From: an uncultured Ruficoccus sp.
GTDB taxonomy: Bacteria > Verrucomicrobiota > Verrucomicrobiia > Opitutales > Cerasicoccaceae
Reading direction: 5' to 3'
Assembly (NCBI GenBank): GCA_965140785.1
Contig: OZ223484.1
Coordinates: 64,001 to 128,000, forward strand
DNA: 64,000 bases
Every line of letters begins with the position of its first letter. Within the stretch, counting starts at the first letter, position 1. The notes below the pieces were generated by a model. The model searched no databases. It had not been told where the DNA came from and saw nothing but the letters and a program-made list of their open reading frames with translations. The translations under genes and the position numbers were made by a program. This document shows, piece after piece, positions 1-10,066 of the stretch.

Positions 1-1052
1 CCACGCACGCAACATTCTCGACGGTTAAAGTACCGCGCCTAAGCCTCGGAGCAGTTTGCGACGCGACACAAACCAACCGCGAAGCCTTTCCGGATGTTCC
101 CGGTTTTGCCTCGCTGGAGGCAATGCTTGAGGCGAAATCCGTCGATGCCGTTCTCGTCGCCACGCCCCACCCCTCCCACGTCGCCCTGGGCCTGAAAATC
201 CTGGAGGCGGGACTTCCCCTGCTGATGGAGAAACCGCTCGGCGTCCACGTCGAAGAGGCGCGTCGGCTAACCGATGCGGCGAAGGCCTCCGGCATCGCCT
301 TCGGGGCCATGTTTAACCAGCGCACCGATCCTCTCTACCAACGCCTGCGGGAGCTCGTCCGCAGCGGCAAACTCGGCGCCATCCAGCGCGTCAACTGGAC
401 CGTGACCGACTGGTTCCGTCCCGACGCCTACTACCGCTCCAGCAGCTGGCGGGCGACCTGGGAAGGCGAAGGCGGCGGCGTCCTGCTCAACCAATGCCCG
501 CACAACCTGGACCTGTGGCAGTGGATATTCGGTATGCCCGCCGGCATTCAGGCGCAGGCGGCGTTTGGCCGGCATCACGCCATTGCGGTGGAGGACGAGG
601 TCGTCGCGCTGATGACTTACCCGGACCGCATGTGCGGCCAGTTCATCACCTCGACCGGCGAGGCCCCGGGCGTTAACCGCCTGGAAGTCGCCACCGAAGG
701 CGGTCGCATTGTGCTGGAAAACCGCCAGCTGATCTGGCACCGGCTCAAGGAGTCCTTACCCGCCTTCAATCACCGGAACACCGAACTTTTCGCTTCCCCG
801 GAACACGAAACGGTGATCGAGGATTATCCGGAGAGCGGCGAACAGCACATCGGGATTTTGCGTAACTTTACCGACCACCTGCTCGACGGCGCTCCCCTGC
901 TCGCACCGGGCGAGGACGGGCTGGCCTCCCTCGAGCTGGCCAACGCCGCCATCCTCTCCGCGCTGGAAGAGCGGCGGGTGGATCTGCCTATCGCCGGGCA
1001 AGCCTATACCCAACACCTGCAAGAACTGATCGAAAAAGAACGTGAAAACTGA
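1..1052 (+). CDS. Gfo/Idh/MocA family oxidoreductase (5'-partial; apparent +1 frameshift near nt 26)
   Basis: Motifs VATPH, MEKP, GGGVLLNQCPHNLD. Upstream frames read HARNILDG|KVPRLSLGAVCD, so the gene begins before the window. Confidence 0.85.
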   Translation, partial: THATFSTVKVPRLSLGAVCDATQTNREAFPDVPGFASLEAMLEAKSVDAVLVATPHPSHVALGLKILEAGLPLLMEKPLGVHVEEARRLTDAAKASGIAFGAMFNQRTDPLYQRLRELVRSGKLGAIQRVNWTVTDWFRPDAYYRSSSWRATWEGEGGGVLLNQCPHNLDLWQWIFGMPAGIQAQAAFGRHHAIAVEDEVVALMTYPDRMCGQFITSTGEAPGVNRLEVATEGGRIVLENRQLIWHRLKESLPAFNHRNTELFASPEHETVIEDYPESGEQHIGILRNFTDHLLDGAPLLAPGEDGLASLELANAAILSALEERRVDLPIAGQAYTQHLQELIEKEREN

Positions 1053-1079
1053 TCGCGTTCATGCAAACTTAAGCCACTC

Positions 1080-3305
1080 ATGAATTCTTCGCTTCAAACC
1101 TCCGACATCAAGGCAGGAGTTCAGTACCTCCCCGACCACGAGGCCTTCTTCCTGCAGGCCGGAGGTGCCACCTATGGCATGCAGGTCGCCAGCCACAATG
1201 TTCTCTGCCACGCCTACTGGGGTGCCCCTCTGGAAGCGCAAAGCCTGGCGGGCACCCACGACAGGCAGGAACGCTGCATGAGCCATAACCCGGTGCCCGG
1301 CGAGATGGACTTCTCGCTCGATACGCTGCCACAGGAGTACCCAACCTACGGACGCACCGACTTTCGCTCCCCGGCGATCGAGGTGCTTCATCCGGAGACC
1401 GGTTCGCGCATCGCTGACCTGCGCACCCACACGCACCGCATCGAGCCCGGCAAGCCGCAGTTGAAGGGCCTCCCAGCGACCTTCGCCGAGGCGGATGAGG
1501 CGACGACGCTCGTCATCACGATGCGGGACGAGGCGGTCAATCTTGTAGTTGAACTCAACTACACGGCATTCGCCCATCACCCTGTGATTGCACGCTCAGC
1601 CCGGATCATAAACGAAGGGGCCAAGCCGATAACGCTCAAGCGCGCCCTGTCCTGCTCACTCGACTTGCCCGCAAGCTTTGCGGGTTATCACTTTCTTCAC
1701 ACTCAGGGCGCTTGGATGCGTGAGATGCATCCGGTCTCACAGCCGCTGCGCCCCGGCATGCAGTCGGTCGAAAGCCGACGCGGCGCCAGCAGCCACAACC
1801 ACAACCCTTTTTTCGCGCTGACCGAGCTCGACGCGCATGAGGAGTACGGTGCGGCCTATGGTTTCAACCTCGTTTACAGCGGCAACTTCCTGGCCGCGGC
1901 GGAAGTGGACGTGTACGGAGGCGTGCGCTGCCAGATGGGGCTCAACCCCTTCGACTTTGCCTGGGAACTGCGGCCCGGTGAATCTTTCCAGACACCCGAG
2001 GTGGTCATGGCGTATTCCGGAGAAGGGCTGGGCGGCATGTCCCGCGCTTTTCATCGCTTCTACCGTCACCACCTCATCGCCAAAGACTGGCAGAAGAAAG
2101 ATCGGCCCGTCGTCATTAACAGTTGGGAGGCCACCTACTTCGATTTCGACGCCGACAAGATCGAGCGCTTCGCCGAGCAAGCGGCCTCGCTGGGCATCGA
2201 CCTGCTCGTCCTCGACGATGGCTGGTTCGGCCACCGCAACGACGCCAAGAGCTCCTTGGGAGACTGGTTTGTGAACGAGGAAAAGCTGCCCAAGGGCTTG
2301 CCCGATCTCGTCGAACGGGTCCAGGCCAAGGGCATCGACTTCGGTCTCTGGTTTGAGCCCGAAATGATTTCGCCCGACAGCGACCTGTTCCGCGCCCATC
2401 CGGACTGGTGTCTGCACGTCCCCACCCACGCGTGCAGCGAAGGGCGCCACCAACTCGCCCTCGACCTGTCCCGTCCGGAGATCTGCGACGAAGTTTACCG
2501 ACGCGTGGCCGACATCCTCAAGTGCGCCCCGATCCGCTTCGTCAAATGGGACATGAACCGCAACCTGACGGAGATCGGATCGCCCACGCAAAAGCCGGAG
2601 CGCCAGCAGGAGACCGCCCACCGCTACATCCTCGGCCTCTACTCGATCCTGGAGCGGCTGCGGGAGAGCTTCCCCGACATTCTTTTCGAAGGCTGCGCCA
2701 GCGGCGGCGGGCGCTTCGACCCGGGCATCCTCGCCTACATGCCCCAAATCTGGACCAGCGACGACAGCGATGCCATCGCCCGCCTGCGCATCCAGCACGG
2801 CACCAGCCTGGTCTATCCCTTCAACACAATTTCCGCGCATGTCTCCCCGGTCCCGAATCACTTTCTCGGACGTATCACGCCGTTGAGCACGCGCTGCCAT
2901 GTCGCCATGACGGGCATCTACGGCTACGAGCTGGACCCCGGTGAGATGACCGAGGAGGAAAAGGAATCCACACGCCGCGACATCGAACACTTCAAAAAGC
3001 TGCGACAGCTCCTCTCCCACGGGGACCTCTACCGGCTGCGCAATCCCTTTCACGGAAATGAGGCCGCGTGGATGGTGGTTTCCGAGGACCGGCGGGAGGC
3101 ACTCGTCACGCACGTCAATATCCTTTCCCAGCCCAACCCCGCCCCGATCTACCTGCATCTGCGCGGGCTGAATCCGGAGGGGCGCTACCGTATCGAAGGG
3201 AGCGACACCATTCTCCGGGGCGACTTCCTGCAACAGGCCGGCCTGATTGTCCCCGCAGCGAAGAGCGATTTTACTAGCCACCAATGGCACTTGTGTCAGA
3301 TTTAG
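1080..3305 (+). CDS. Alpha-galactosidase, glycoside hydrolase family 36
   Basis: GH36 motifs NSWEATYFDF, LDDGWFG, FGLWFEPEM, VKWDMNR, EGCASGGGRFD, WTSDDSDA. Confidence 0.95.
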   Translation: MNSSLQTSDIKAGVQYLPDHEAFFLQAGGATYGMQVASHNVLCHAYWGAPLEAQSLAGTHDRQERCMSHNPVPGEMDFSLDTLPQEYPTYGRTDFRSPAIEVLHPETGSRIADLRTHTHRIEPGKPQLKGLPATFAEADEATTLVITMRDEAVNLVVELNYTAFAHHPVIARSARIINEGAKPITLKRALSCSLDLPASFAGYHFLHTQGAWMREMHPVSQPLRPGMQSVESRRGASSHNHNPFFALTELDAHEEYGAAYGFNLVYSGNFLAAAEVDVYGGVRCQMGLNPFDFAWELRPGESFQTPEVVMAYSGEGLGGMSRAFHRFYRHHLIAKDWQKKDRPVVINSWEATYFDFDADKIERFAEQAASLGIDLLVLDDGWFGHRNDAKSSLGDWFVNEEKLPKGLPDLVERVQAKGIDFGLWFEPEMISPDSDLFRAHPDWCLHVPTHACSEGRHQLALDLSRPEICDEVYRRVADILKCAPIRFVKWDMNRNLTEIGSPTQKPERQQETAHRYILGLYSILERLRESFPDILFEGCASGGGRFDPGILAYMPQIWTSDDSDAIARLRIQHGTSLVYPFNTISAHVSPVPNHFLGRITPLSTRCHVAMTGIYGYELDPGEMTEEEKESTRRDIEHFKKLRQLLSHGDLYRLRNPFHGNEAAWMVVSEDRREALVTHVNILSQPNPAPIYLHLRGLNPEGRYRIEGSDTILRGDFLQQAGLIVPAAKSDFTSHQWHLCQI

Positions 3306-3334
3306 CGTCTTATTCTTATTCGTTGTCCACACCT

Positions 3335-5389
3335 ATGAAAACTTCCTCCGTGCTCCGCTGCCTGCTGCTGGCAGCCGCTCCCTTCGGCATTAGCCAGGCG
3401 GCCGTCCAACTGCCCGCCATCTTCTCGGACCATATGGTTCTGGAAAAATCCGATGAGGTGCCCGTCTGGGGCACGGCTGATCCCGGCGAATCCGTCACCG
3501 TAACGCTGGACGAGGTGACGGCGCAGACCGAAGCCGACGCCTCGGGTAAGTGGATGCTCGCACTCGACCTGTCGGAGTCCCCTCAGGGCCCGTTTGAGAT
3601 GACGGTCCAGGGCGACAACACCCTGCGCATCGCAGATGTCGTGGTGGGAGAGGTCTGGGTGGCCTCCGGCCAATCCAATATGGAGTTCGTGGTGCGTAAT
3701 AGTATCGACGCGAGTGCGATCATCGCCGACTCAGCTAACCCCATGCTCCGCCATTTCAAGGTCAGTAAGCACGCCACGCCCGTCCCGCAGGAAGCACTCA
3801 AAGGCCAGTGGCAGTTGGCCTCACCCGAAACAACCGGCGGCTTCACCGCGGTCGGCTACTTCTTTGCCCGCCGACTGCAGCAGGAGCTTCAGGTGCCCAT
3901 CGGCATCGTCCACACCTCTTGGGGCGGCACGCCGGTCGAAGCCTGGACCAGCCAGGAAGCCCTAGCCAGCGTGCCCGCGCTGAAATCCTCCAGCGAGCGT
4001 TACTGGGCCGTTATGGACAAATACGCAAAGGACAAACCGGCCTTTGTCGCGGCGATGGACGCGTGGATCACAGCTAACCGGCGCGAAGACAAAACAGATG
4101 CCGACCCGGCAGCCTACACGGCAGCGGCCGTCGATACCCAGGACTGGACCCCGGTTGAGCTACCGGGCAAAGTCGAAGCGCCCGGCCTCCCCGAGGCGGG
4201 AGCCGTCTGGCTGCGTAAGACGGTCACGGTCTCGGAGAAACCAGCCAGAATCCTCCGCCTGCGCCTGCCCATTGACGGCTTTGACAGTGTTTACTGGAAC
4301 GGCAAGCTGCTGCGCCAAACGAACTATCAGAATTTCCCCGGACAGGGCTATGTACGCTTGTACGGCCCCTTTGATGTCCCGGCCAGCGATGTGAATGAGG
4401 GCGAAAACATCCTCGCCATTCGCCTCTACGAACCGGTCGAACCGGCGGTCTTCACCGCCGATCCCAAGGCCGGCGGCCAGTCCCTGAGCGGCACCTGGCT
4501 GGCCAAGGCCGAATACGCCTTCCCGGAGGTCGATGCAAAACAGCAGGCCCAGGCTCCGAAATTACTGGCCTCCGCCCCCCGTCCGAAGAATGTGGCCAGC
4601 TACCTGTACAACGGTATGATCAACCCCATCGTTCCCTACGCGATCCGCGGGGCCATCTGGTACCAGGGAGAGGCCAATGCCGGACGCGCCTACCAGTACC
4701 GCACCTCCTTTCCGCTCATGATCGAAGACTGGCGCAACCAGTGGGACCAGGGCGATTTCCCCTTCTACTTTGTCCAACTGGCAAACTACACGGGCAAAAC
4801 CCAGGAACCCGGCGAAAGCGCCTGGGCAGAGCTACGCGAGGCGCAGAGCATGACACTCGACCTACCCAATACCGGCCAGGCAGTCATCATCGACCTGGGC
4901 GAGTCCGGCGACATCCACCCGCGCAACAAGCATGACGTGGGCGAACGCCTCGCGCGCATCGCCCTGGCCAAGGACTACGGCCAGGACATCCCCTACTCCG
5001 GCCCGGTCTATGAATCCATGGACATCGAAGATGGTCAGGTAGTGCTTCACTTCTCGCAGATCGACGGCGGCCTCGTGGCCCAACCGCTGCCTGAAACCTA
5101 TCTGGTGCAGTCCGAAAGCGATAAAACCGCCCCGCTCAAGCGCAACACCCCCGAGAGCGAACTGGAAGGCTTCGCCATCTGCGGCCCGAACCACAAATGG
5201 GTATGGGCGCAGGCCCGGATCGAGGGTGACACCGTTGTCGTGTGGTCGGACGAGGTGGACGAGCCCGTGGCCGTCCGCTATGGCTGGGCCAACAACCCGA
5301 CCTGCAATCTTTATAATACCGCCGGCCTGCCGGCCTCGCCCTTCCGCACGGACGATTTTACGCCTGCAACCAAAAACAATCAGTATTAG
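3335..5389 (+). CDS. Secreted sialate O-acetylesterase-like (SASA/SGNH) protein
   Basis: Signal peptide from ATG 3335 (MKTSS...); motifs GEVWVASGQSNM, WYQGEAN, DIHPRNK, AVRYGW. Confidence 0.9.
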   Translation: MKTSSVLRCLLLAAAPFGISQAAVQLPAIFSDHMVLEKSDEVPVWGTADPGESVTVTLDEVTAQTEADASGKWMLALDLSESPQGPFEMTVQGDNTLRIADVVVGEVWVASGQSNMEFVVRNSIDASAIIADSANPMLRHFKVSKHATPVPQEALKGQWQLASPETTGGFTAVGYFFARRLQQELQVPIGIVHTSWGGTPVEAWTSQEALASVPALKSSSERYWAVMDKYAKDKPAFVAAMDAWITANRREDKTDADPAAYTAAAVDTQDWTPVELPGKVEAPGLPEAGAVWLRKTVTVSEKPARILRLRLPIDGFDSVYWNGKLLRQTNYQNFPGQGYVRLYGPFDVPASDVNEGENILAIRLYEPVEPAVFTADPKAGGQSLSGTWLAKAEYAFPEVDAKQQAQAPKLLASAPRPKNVASYLYNGMINPIVPYAIRGAIWYQGEANAGRAYQYRTSFPLMIEDWRNQWDQGDFPFYFVQLANYTGKTQEPGESAWAELREAQSMTLDLPNTGQAVIIDLGESGDIHPRNKHDVGERLARIALAKDYGQDIPYSGPVYESMDIEDGQVVLHFSQIDGGLVAQPLPETYLVQSESDKTAPLKRNTPESELEGFAICGPNHKWVWAQARIEGDTVVVWSDEVDEPVAVRYGWANNPTCNLYNTAGLPASPFRTDDFTPATKNNQY

Positions 5390-5404
5390 AGCCATGCTCT
5401 GCGG

Positions 5405-6244
5405 CTACGCGGACACATCCCCGGTGAGCCACCGCCGGTAGGCGAGCGGATTCGTGTGGTAGTGCCTGCGAAAGGCTCGGTAGAACTGGGCGGTCGTAGC
5501 GTAGCCACAGGAAAAAGCGATCTCGGTCACGGTATCGGAGGTCAGACGCAGGGATTGCTCCGCGTGATCCATCCGAACCTGCTCGATAATGTGCCGGGGT
5601 GTCCGCCCGAGGTACTTCTGACAGGAGCGCGCCAAGTGCTCGGGGGAACGGCGCGACTCCCGGGCCATTCCCGCCACCCCCTGCATAAAGACGGACCGCT
5701 CCCTGCACTTGAGCAAGGCGTTGCGCAGCCAGTCGGGACAATTCTGCAAACCTGGCAGGGCAATCGGCTCGGGCTCGACAATGCGGACGATATCGAGCAG
5801 GAAGGCCTCCGTGTGGAGCATGTCCGGGGTACGGGCGGTGTAGTCCAGGGTGCAACGCTGCATCTGCTGAAGCCTGCCACCCTCCAGCCGGATCTTCAGC
5901 GGCATGTCCGCGCTCAGGGAGAACCAGTGGGCAAAGGGCTCGGCATGCCGGTTCTGTAAATGCACGAGCAGGTCCGGGTAGCACTCCACATTCGTCATGG
6001 TGAAGCGCTGGTGCCCGATGGCCGAGAGCTGGTGACGGTCCTTGTGTCCACGGATGAAGACCATATCGCCCGCTTGCAGGCGCTCTGAAACGCCGTTGAT
6101 CCGGTGCTGGCAGACTCCCTCTTCGATCCAGAATAGCTCGGAGTAATCGTGCGTGTGCTCCGCCAGGAGGGCACCCCGCTCGCACGAGACCTTCACCACC
6201 TGCCCGTATTGGCCGGCCTTGTAGCGCCATTTGAGGTTCAGCAT
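5405..6244 (-). CDS. AraC family transcriptional regulator (cupin plus HTH, ChbR-like)
   Basis: N-terminal HTHDYSELFW cupin motif and C-terminal AraC double HTH (VTEIAFSCGY). Start placed at ATG 6244; the ORF is open to 6286. Confidence 0.88.
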   Translation of the reverse strand: MLNLKWRYKAGQYGQVVKVSCERGALLAEHTHDYSELFWIEEGVCQHRINGVSERLQAGDMVFIRGHKDRHQLSAIGHQRFTMTNVECYPDLLVHLQNRHAEPFAHWFSLSADMPLKIRLEGGRLQQMQRCTLDYTARTPDMLHTEAFLLDIVRIVEPEPIALPGLQNCPDWLRNALLKCRERSVFMQGVAGMARESRRSPEHLARSCQKYLGRTPRHIIEQVRMDHAEQSLRLTSDTVTEIAFSCGYATTAQFYRAFRRHYHTNPLAYRRWLTGDVSA

Positions 6245-6320
6245 ACCAAGATCATATAAGGATACAAATTTGTCATAATTCAGCAATGAAAAATCAATTT
6301 CAACCCGCTATAATCGGATA

Positions 6321-7343
6321 ATGAAAATACTCTTTATCGGCGGAACCGGCCTCATCAGCACTGCCAGCACCCAGCTGGCCATCGAACGCGGGCACGACCT
6401 GTACCTCCTGCACCGCGGCCACAGTGAAACGCCCGCCGCGGCAAAATCGCTCATCGGCGATATCAACAAAGACCCCGGTGGTGTGGCCGCCCTGCTCGAC
6501 GAGCACCAGTTCGACGCGGTCGTCAACTGGATCGTCTTCACCCCCCAGCAACTCCAACGGGACATCGAGTTGTTCAGCGGAAAGACCAAGCAGTACATGC
6601 TGATCAGCTCGGCCAGTGCCTACCAGAAGCCCTGCCTCGACTACCTCATCCGCGAAGACACGCCGCTGTGTAATCCCTACTGGGAATACTCCCGCAATAA
6701 GATCGCCACCGAGGAAATACTTCTGAAGGCGTACCGCGAGAGCGGCTTCCCCGGCACCATCGTCCGCCCCTCCCTGACCTACGGCGACACGCAGATCCCG
6801 CTTGTGGTCAATAGCTGGGCGAAACCCTACACGATCATCCAGCGCATGAAGGCCAATAAGCCTATCATCGTCCCCGGCGACGGGAACTCACTGTGGACCT
6901 GCACCCACAACTCCGACTTCGCCAAGGGGCTGGTGGGGCTGCTGGGACACACCCAGTCCATCGGGCAGGCCTTCCACATCACCTCGGACGAGGTACTTAC
7001 GTGGAACCAGTACTACGAAATCGTCGGCGAAGCCATTGGGGTAAAGCCGAAGCTCGTCCACATCGCCTCGGACTTCATCGCGGCCTGCCTGCCGGGCACG
7101 CGGGGCGGCCTCCTGGGCGACAAGGCGGTCAGCACGGTTTTCGATAACAGCAAAATCAAGCGCTACGTGCCGGGCTTTGTCGCCACGACTTCTTTCCGGG
7201 AAGGCATCCGCCAGACGCTCGACTGGTTCGAGGCCGACCCCGCGCGCCAGGAAATCGACGCGGAGCTCGACACGCAGTGGGACAAGCTCGTAGCCGCCTA
7301 CGAGGACGGCCTCAAGCAGGCCACATCCATTTTTAACCAATAA
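6321..7343 (+). CDS. NAD-dependent epimerase/dehydratase (SDR) family protein
   Basis: GGTGLIS Rossmann motif, ISSASAY, YSRNK (YxxxK). Confidence 0.9.
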   Translation: MKILFIGGTGLISTASTQLAIERGHDLYLLHRGHSETPAAAKSLIGDINKDPGGVAALLDEHQFDAVVNWIVFTPQQLQRDIELFSGKTKQYMLISSASAYQKPCLDYLIREDTPLCNPYWEYSRNKIATEEILLKAYRESGFPGTIVRPSLTYGDTQIPLVVNSWAKPYTIIQRMKANKPIIVPGDGNSLWTCTHNSDFAKGLVGLLGHTQSIGQAFHITSDEVLTWNQYYEIVGEAIGVKPKLVHIASDFIAACLPGTRGGLLGDKAVSTVFDNSKIKRYVPGFVATTSFREGIRQTLDWFEADPARQEIDAELDTQWDKLVAAYEDGLKQATSIFNQ

Positions 7344-7353
7344 GCCCAACACC

Positions 7354-8370
7354 ATGTCATCGTTACAACTCGGCATCGTCGGCTGCGGGGACTTCCTGCG
7401 GCTCCAGAAACCCGCCATCGACAAAACCCCGGCCGTGAAGGTCGTCGGTCTCTACGACCCCATGCAGGAGCGCAGCCAGGCTTTCGCCAAGGACTGGTCC
7501 AGCGCCCGCCTCTACGAAAGTGCGGAGGCGCTGATCGATGATCCGGCGATCGACGCGGTAGCGATTTTCGTCCCGCCGTGGCTGCGCAGACCGCTGCTGG
7601 TGCAGGCCGCCCAGAACGGCAAGCACATCATCACCACCAAGCCTCTGGCCCCCACACTCGAGGACTGCAAAGCCATGGTGAAGGCGGTCGAAGAGGCGGG
7701 CGTCACCGCCGCGGTCATTTATAATCGCACCTCTGACCTGCGGGCGCAAACGCTCAAAAAAATCTTCGAAGGCGGCGAGCTGGGCCAACTGGCGCTCTAT
7801 AAACAGGACTGGCTCCACCACTACCCGCACTGGAACACCTGGGCCCTCGACCCCGAGAAAAACGGCGGCCCGTTCATGGATGCGATGATCCACAACCTCA
7901 ACATCGCCCGCCACCTGATGGGCCGGGAAGCGACGAAGGGCACTTTTTTCTCGGACCACCATGCCCACCCGGACCTCCCCTGCGCCGACACGGAGTTTCT
8001 CAAGCTGGACTTCCCGGACAATAGCTCGGCCCACTTATTCATCACCTGGGCCGCCGACCTCAACCTGCTCGAAAAAGGCGGTAACTACCGCGAGCATTTC
8101 GACATCTGGTACGCCATCACCAACCAGGGCTGGCGCCTTACCTCGGAAAAGACCGACGGCAAGTCCGTCGTTATCGCCAGCCGCATGGGCGAGAACCGGA
8201 TCTTCCCCTTCATCGAGCCCACGGAGACTCACTACGAGGAGTTCATCGCCCGCATCGAGGGCAAGCGAAACTGCCTGGGCGTGCTCGCCACGCTGCCGGA
8301 AGCCCTTGAGGACATCCGTATCATCCGTGGCTGCGGCGCCCAGCCCGGCGAGGCCGTCCGCCTCTCTTAA
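7354..8370 (+). CDS. Gfo/Idh/MocA family oxidoreductase
   Basis: GIVGCG, TKP, GGPFMDAMIHNL. Confidence 0.85.
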   Translation: MSSLQLGIVGCGDFLRLQKPAIDKTPAVKVVGLYDPMQERSQAFAKDWSSARLYESAEALIDDPAIDAVAIFVPPWLRRPLLVQAAQNGKHIITTKPLAPTLEDCKAMVKAVEEAGVTAAVIYNRTSDLRAQTLKKIFEGGELGQLALYKQDWLHHYPHWNTWALDPEKNGGPFMDAMIHNLNIARHLMGREATKGTFFSDHHAHPDLPCADTEFLKLDFPDNSSAHLFITWAADLNLLEKGGNYREHFDIWYAITNQGWRLTSEKTDGKSVVIASRMGENRIFPFIEPTETHYEEFIARIEGKRNCLGVLATLPEALEDIRIIRGCGAQPGEAVRLS

Positions 8371-8411
8371 GCATTGCCAGAGGCAGGCCGTCTGCTTTCC
8401 ATGAATCAACC

Positions 8412-9440
8412 ATGCCCAGTCAGCGAGAAATTGCCCGGCACCTGGGGCTGACTCAATCGACCGTCTCCCTGGCCCTTCGCCGGGGCTCCGGGGTGTCCCC
8501 GGCCACCCGGCGGCTCGTGGAAAAGGCGGCTGAGGAGTTGGGGTATCGGCCCAGCCCGATGGTGACCACGCTGATGTCGCATATCCGCAATGGTCGCAAG
8601 GTGTCTGACCAGGGTTGCCTGGCAATCCTGGTCGATGCCGTCGACCAGCGGGAATGGCTGGCCGACTCCAAGGGCCCCTATGTGCAACACCATCGCGGCT
8701 ACTGCGAGCAGGCATGCATGCGCGGCTACCGCACGGAGTGCTTTTATCTGCGCGCACCGGGCATGAGCGCCCGGCGCATCGATGACATCCTGCAGGCCCG
8801 CGGCATCCTGGGGTTGGTTCTGGCCGCCCCCAAATCAAAACAAACTCCAATCCCGGAGCTCTCGTGGGAGCGCTATGCCTGCGCCACGACGAGCTACTCC
8901 TGGTCCCATCCCGCCCTCGACCGGGTGGCGACAGATTTCCGCCAATGCGTCGAGACCGCTTTCGAGACACTTCGCCAGCGCGGCGTACGGCGCATCGGTA
9001 TGTGCCTGGACCCCGAAACCCAGCGGAGCCTCAGCTCTCACTGGCGGGCCGGCTACCTGCTTTACCAGGAGATGCTTCCGCCCCCGGAGCGCATCCCGTT
9101 GTTTCTCGGTAAGCCCGGCCTGAGCCCACTGGACACTTTTAAAGACTGGCTCCACCAGTATCGTCCCGAGGTGCTGATCTCACTCGATGGACGCGAACGG
9201 GTATGGCTGGAGCAAATGAAGATGCGCGTCCCCGAAGATATCGGACTGGCTTGCCTGAATCGCCCGACAGGCTCACACTACGCCGGCATCGATGAGAACA
9301 ACGAAGCGGTGGGGCGGCTGGTCTGCGACCTGGTTATCAATCGCATCACCAGCAATACCCTCGGCCTTCCCGAGCGCCCGCAGACAATTCTCATCAACGG
9401 CTGTTGGGTGGACGGGAGTAGCGTCGCCCATAGCGCGTAG
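8412..9440 (+). CDS. LacI family transcriptional regulator
   Basis: N-terminal HTH (SQREIARHLGLTQSTVSLALR, LGYRP) and a C-terminal VPEDIGLA sugar-binding-fold motif. Confidence 0.88.
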   Translation: MPSQREIARHLGLTQSTVSLALRRGSGVSPATRRLVEKAAEELGYRPSPMVTTLMSHIRNGRKVSDQGCLAILVDAVDQREWLADSKGPYVQHHRGYCEQACMRGYRTECFYLRAPGMSARRIDDILQARGILGLVLAAPKSKQTPIPELSWERYACATTSYSWSHPALDRVATDFRQCVETAFETLRQRGVRRIGMCLDPETQRSLSSHWRAGYLLYQEMLPPPERIPLFLGKPGLSPLDTFKDWLHQYRPEVLISLDGRERVWLEQMKMRVPEDIGLACLNRPTGSHYAGIDENNEAVGRLVCDLVINRITSNTLGLPERPQTILINGCWVDGSSVAHSA

Positions 9441-9475
9441 GGCGTACCAGTTTTAGGCTGAGCGCAGTTGTGTTA

Positions 9476-9796
9476 TTACCTGCGCCCCAACTCGATCACA
9501 GCGGCATCGTTGGCCGGTATCAGCAGAGTCTCCGCCTCCAGGGCCTCACCGCGGATAACGGGGTCCAGTTTCCAGCCAAGGTCGACCTCGAGCTCTGCCT
9601 GCACCGCTCAGGACTGTAGGTGATAATCACTACAATACCACGGTCATCGTTGAGCGGATACTCGGTAACGCCGCCCGGCTGCTGAACAAGGGCGGTTTTC
9701 CAGTGGAACGGTGAGGAAATAGACTTCGCCCTCCCCCATTCACACGCGCCTAAAGTCGGGGTTGCCGTCCGGCCCGAAGGCAAGGACTTCGCAACC
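9476..9796 (-). pseudogene. Degraded C-terminal fragment of a glycoside hydrolase-type protein (resembles a beta-galactosidase trimerisation domain)
   Basis: Stitched minus frames give GCEVLAFGPDGNPDF..*.GEGEVYFLTVPLE|..GVTEYPLNDDRGIVVIITYSPE|AVQAELEV...IPANDAAVIEL; internal stop and frameshifts. Confidence 0.5.
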
Positions 9797-9824
9797 GACG
9801 GACGAAATTAACCCCAAAAAAACA

Positions 9825-9859
9825 AAAAGCCCGCTAAGTGCTTGACCTAGCGGGCTTTT
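9825..9859 (-). terminator. Intrinsic terminator downstream of the displaced tRNA 3' end
   Basis: Inverted repeat AAAAGCCCGCTA...TAGCGGGCTTTT with A/T tracts on both sides. Confidence 0.8.
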
Positions 9860-9862
9860 AAA

Positions 9863-9909
9863 TGGGTGCAGGGCTTGGATTTGAACCAAGGACCTTCAGG
9901 TTATGAGCC
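9863..9909 (-). repeat. att site: 47-bp duplicate of the tRNA-Met 3' end
   Basis: TGGGTGCAGGGCTTGGATTTGAACCAAGGACCTTCAGGTTATGAGCC is identical to 20931-20977. Confidence 0.97.
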
Positions 9910-9978
9910 GCGAGGCCCATTTCCCGCAATCCCTTTACAGCAAACAACCTGTAAGCTTTCTCACCCCTAAAAAATGCC

Positions 9979-10003
9979 TTAGTGGGGCCAAAAGAGGGGC
10001 TTT
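9979..10003. repeat. Putative integrase arm-type site (left end)
   Basis: TTAGTGGGGCCAAAAGAGGGGCTTT matches 20782-20806 at 24/25 positions. Confidence 0.7.
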
Positions 10004-10066
10004 ACCATCGGGAGGCGTTTCAAGCCGCTCAAATACGTTCCAAATTGCTGCAAAATCAGCTCCCCT

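Noticed and set aside
9863..9909. Second tRNA-Met gene
   Set aside because: Only the 3' 47 nt are present; the D-arm and 5' acceptor strand are missing.
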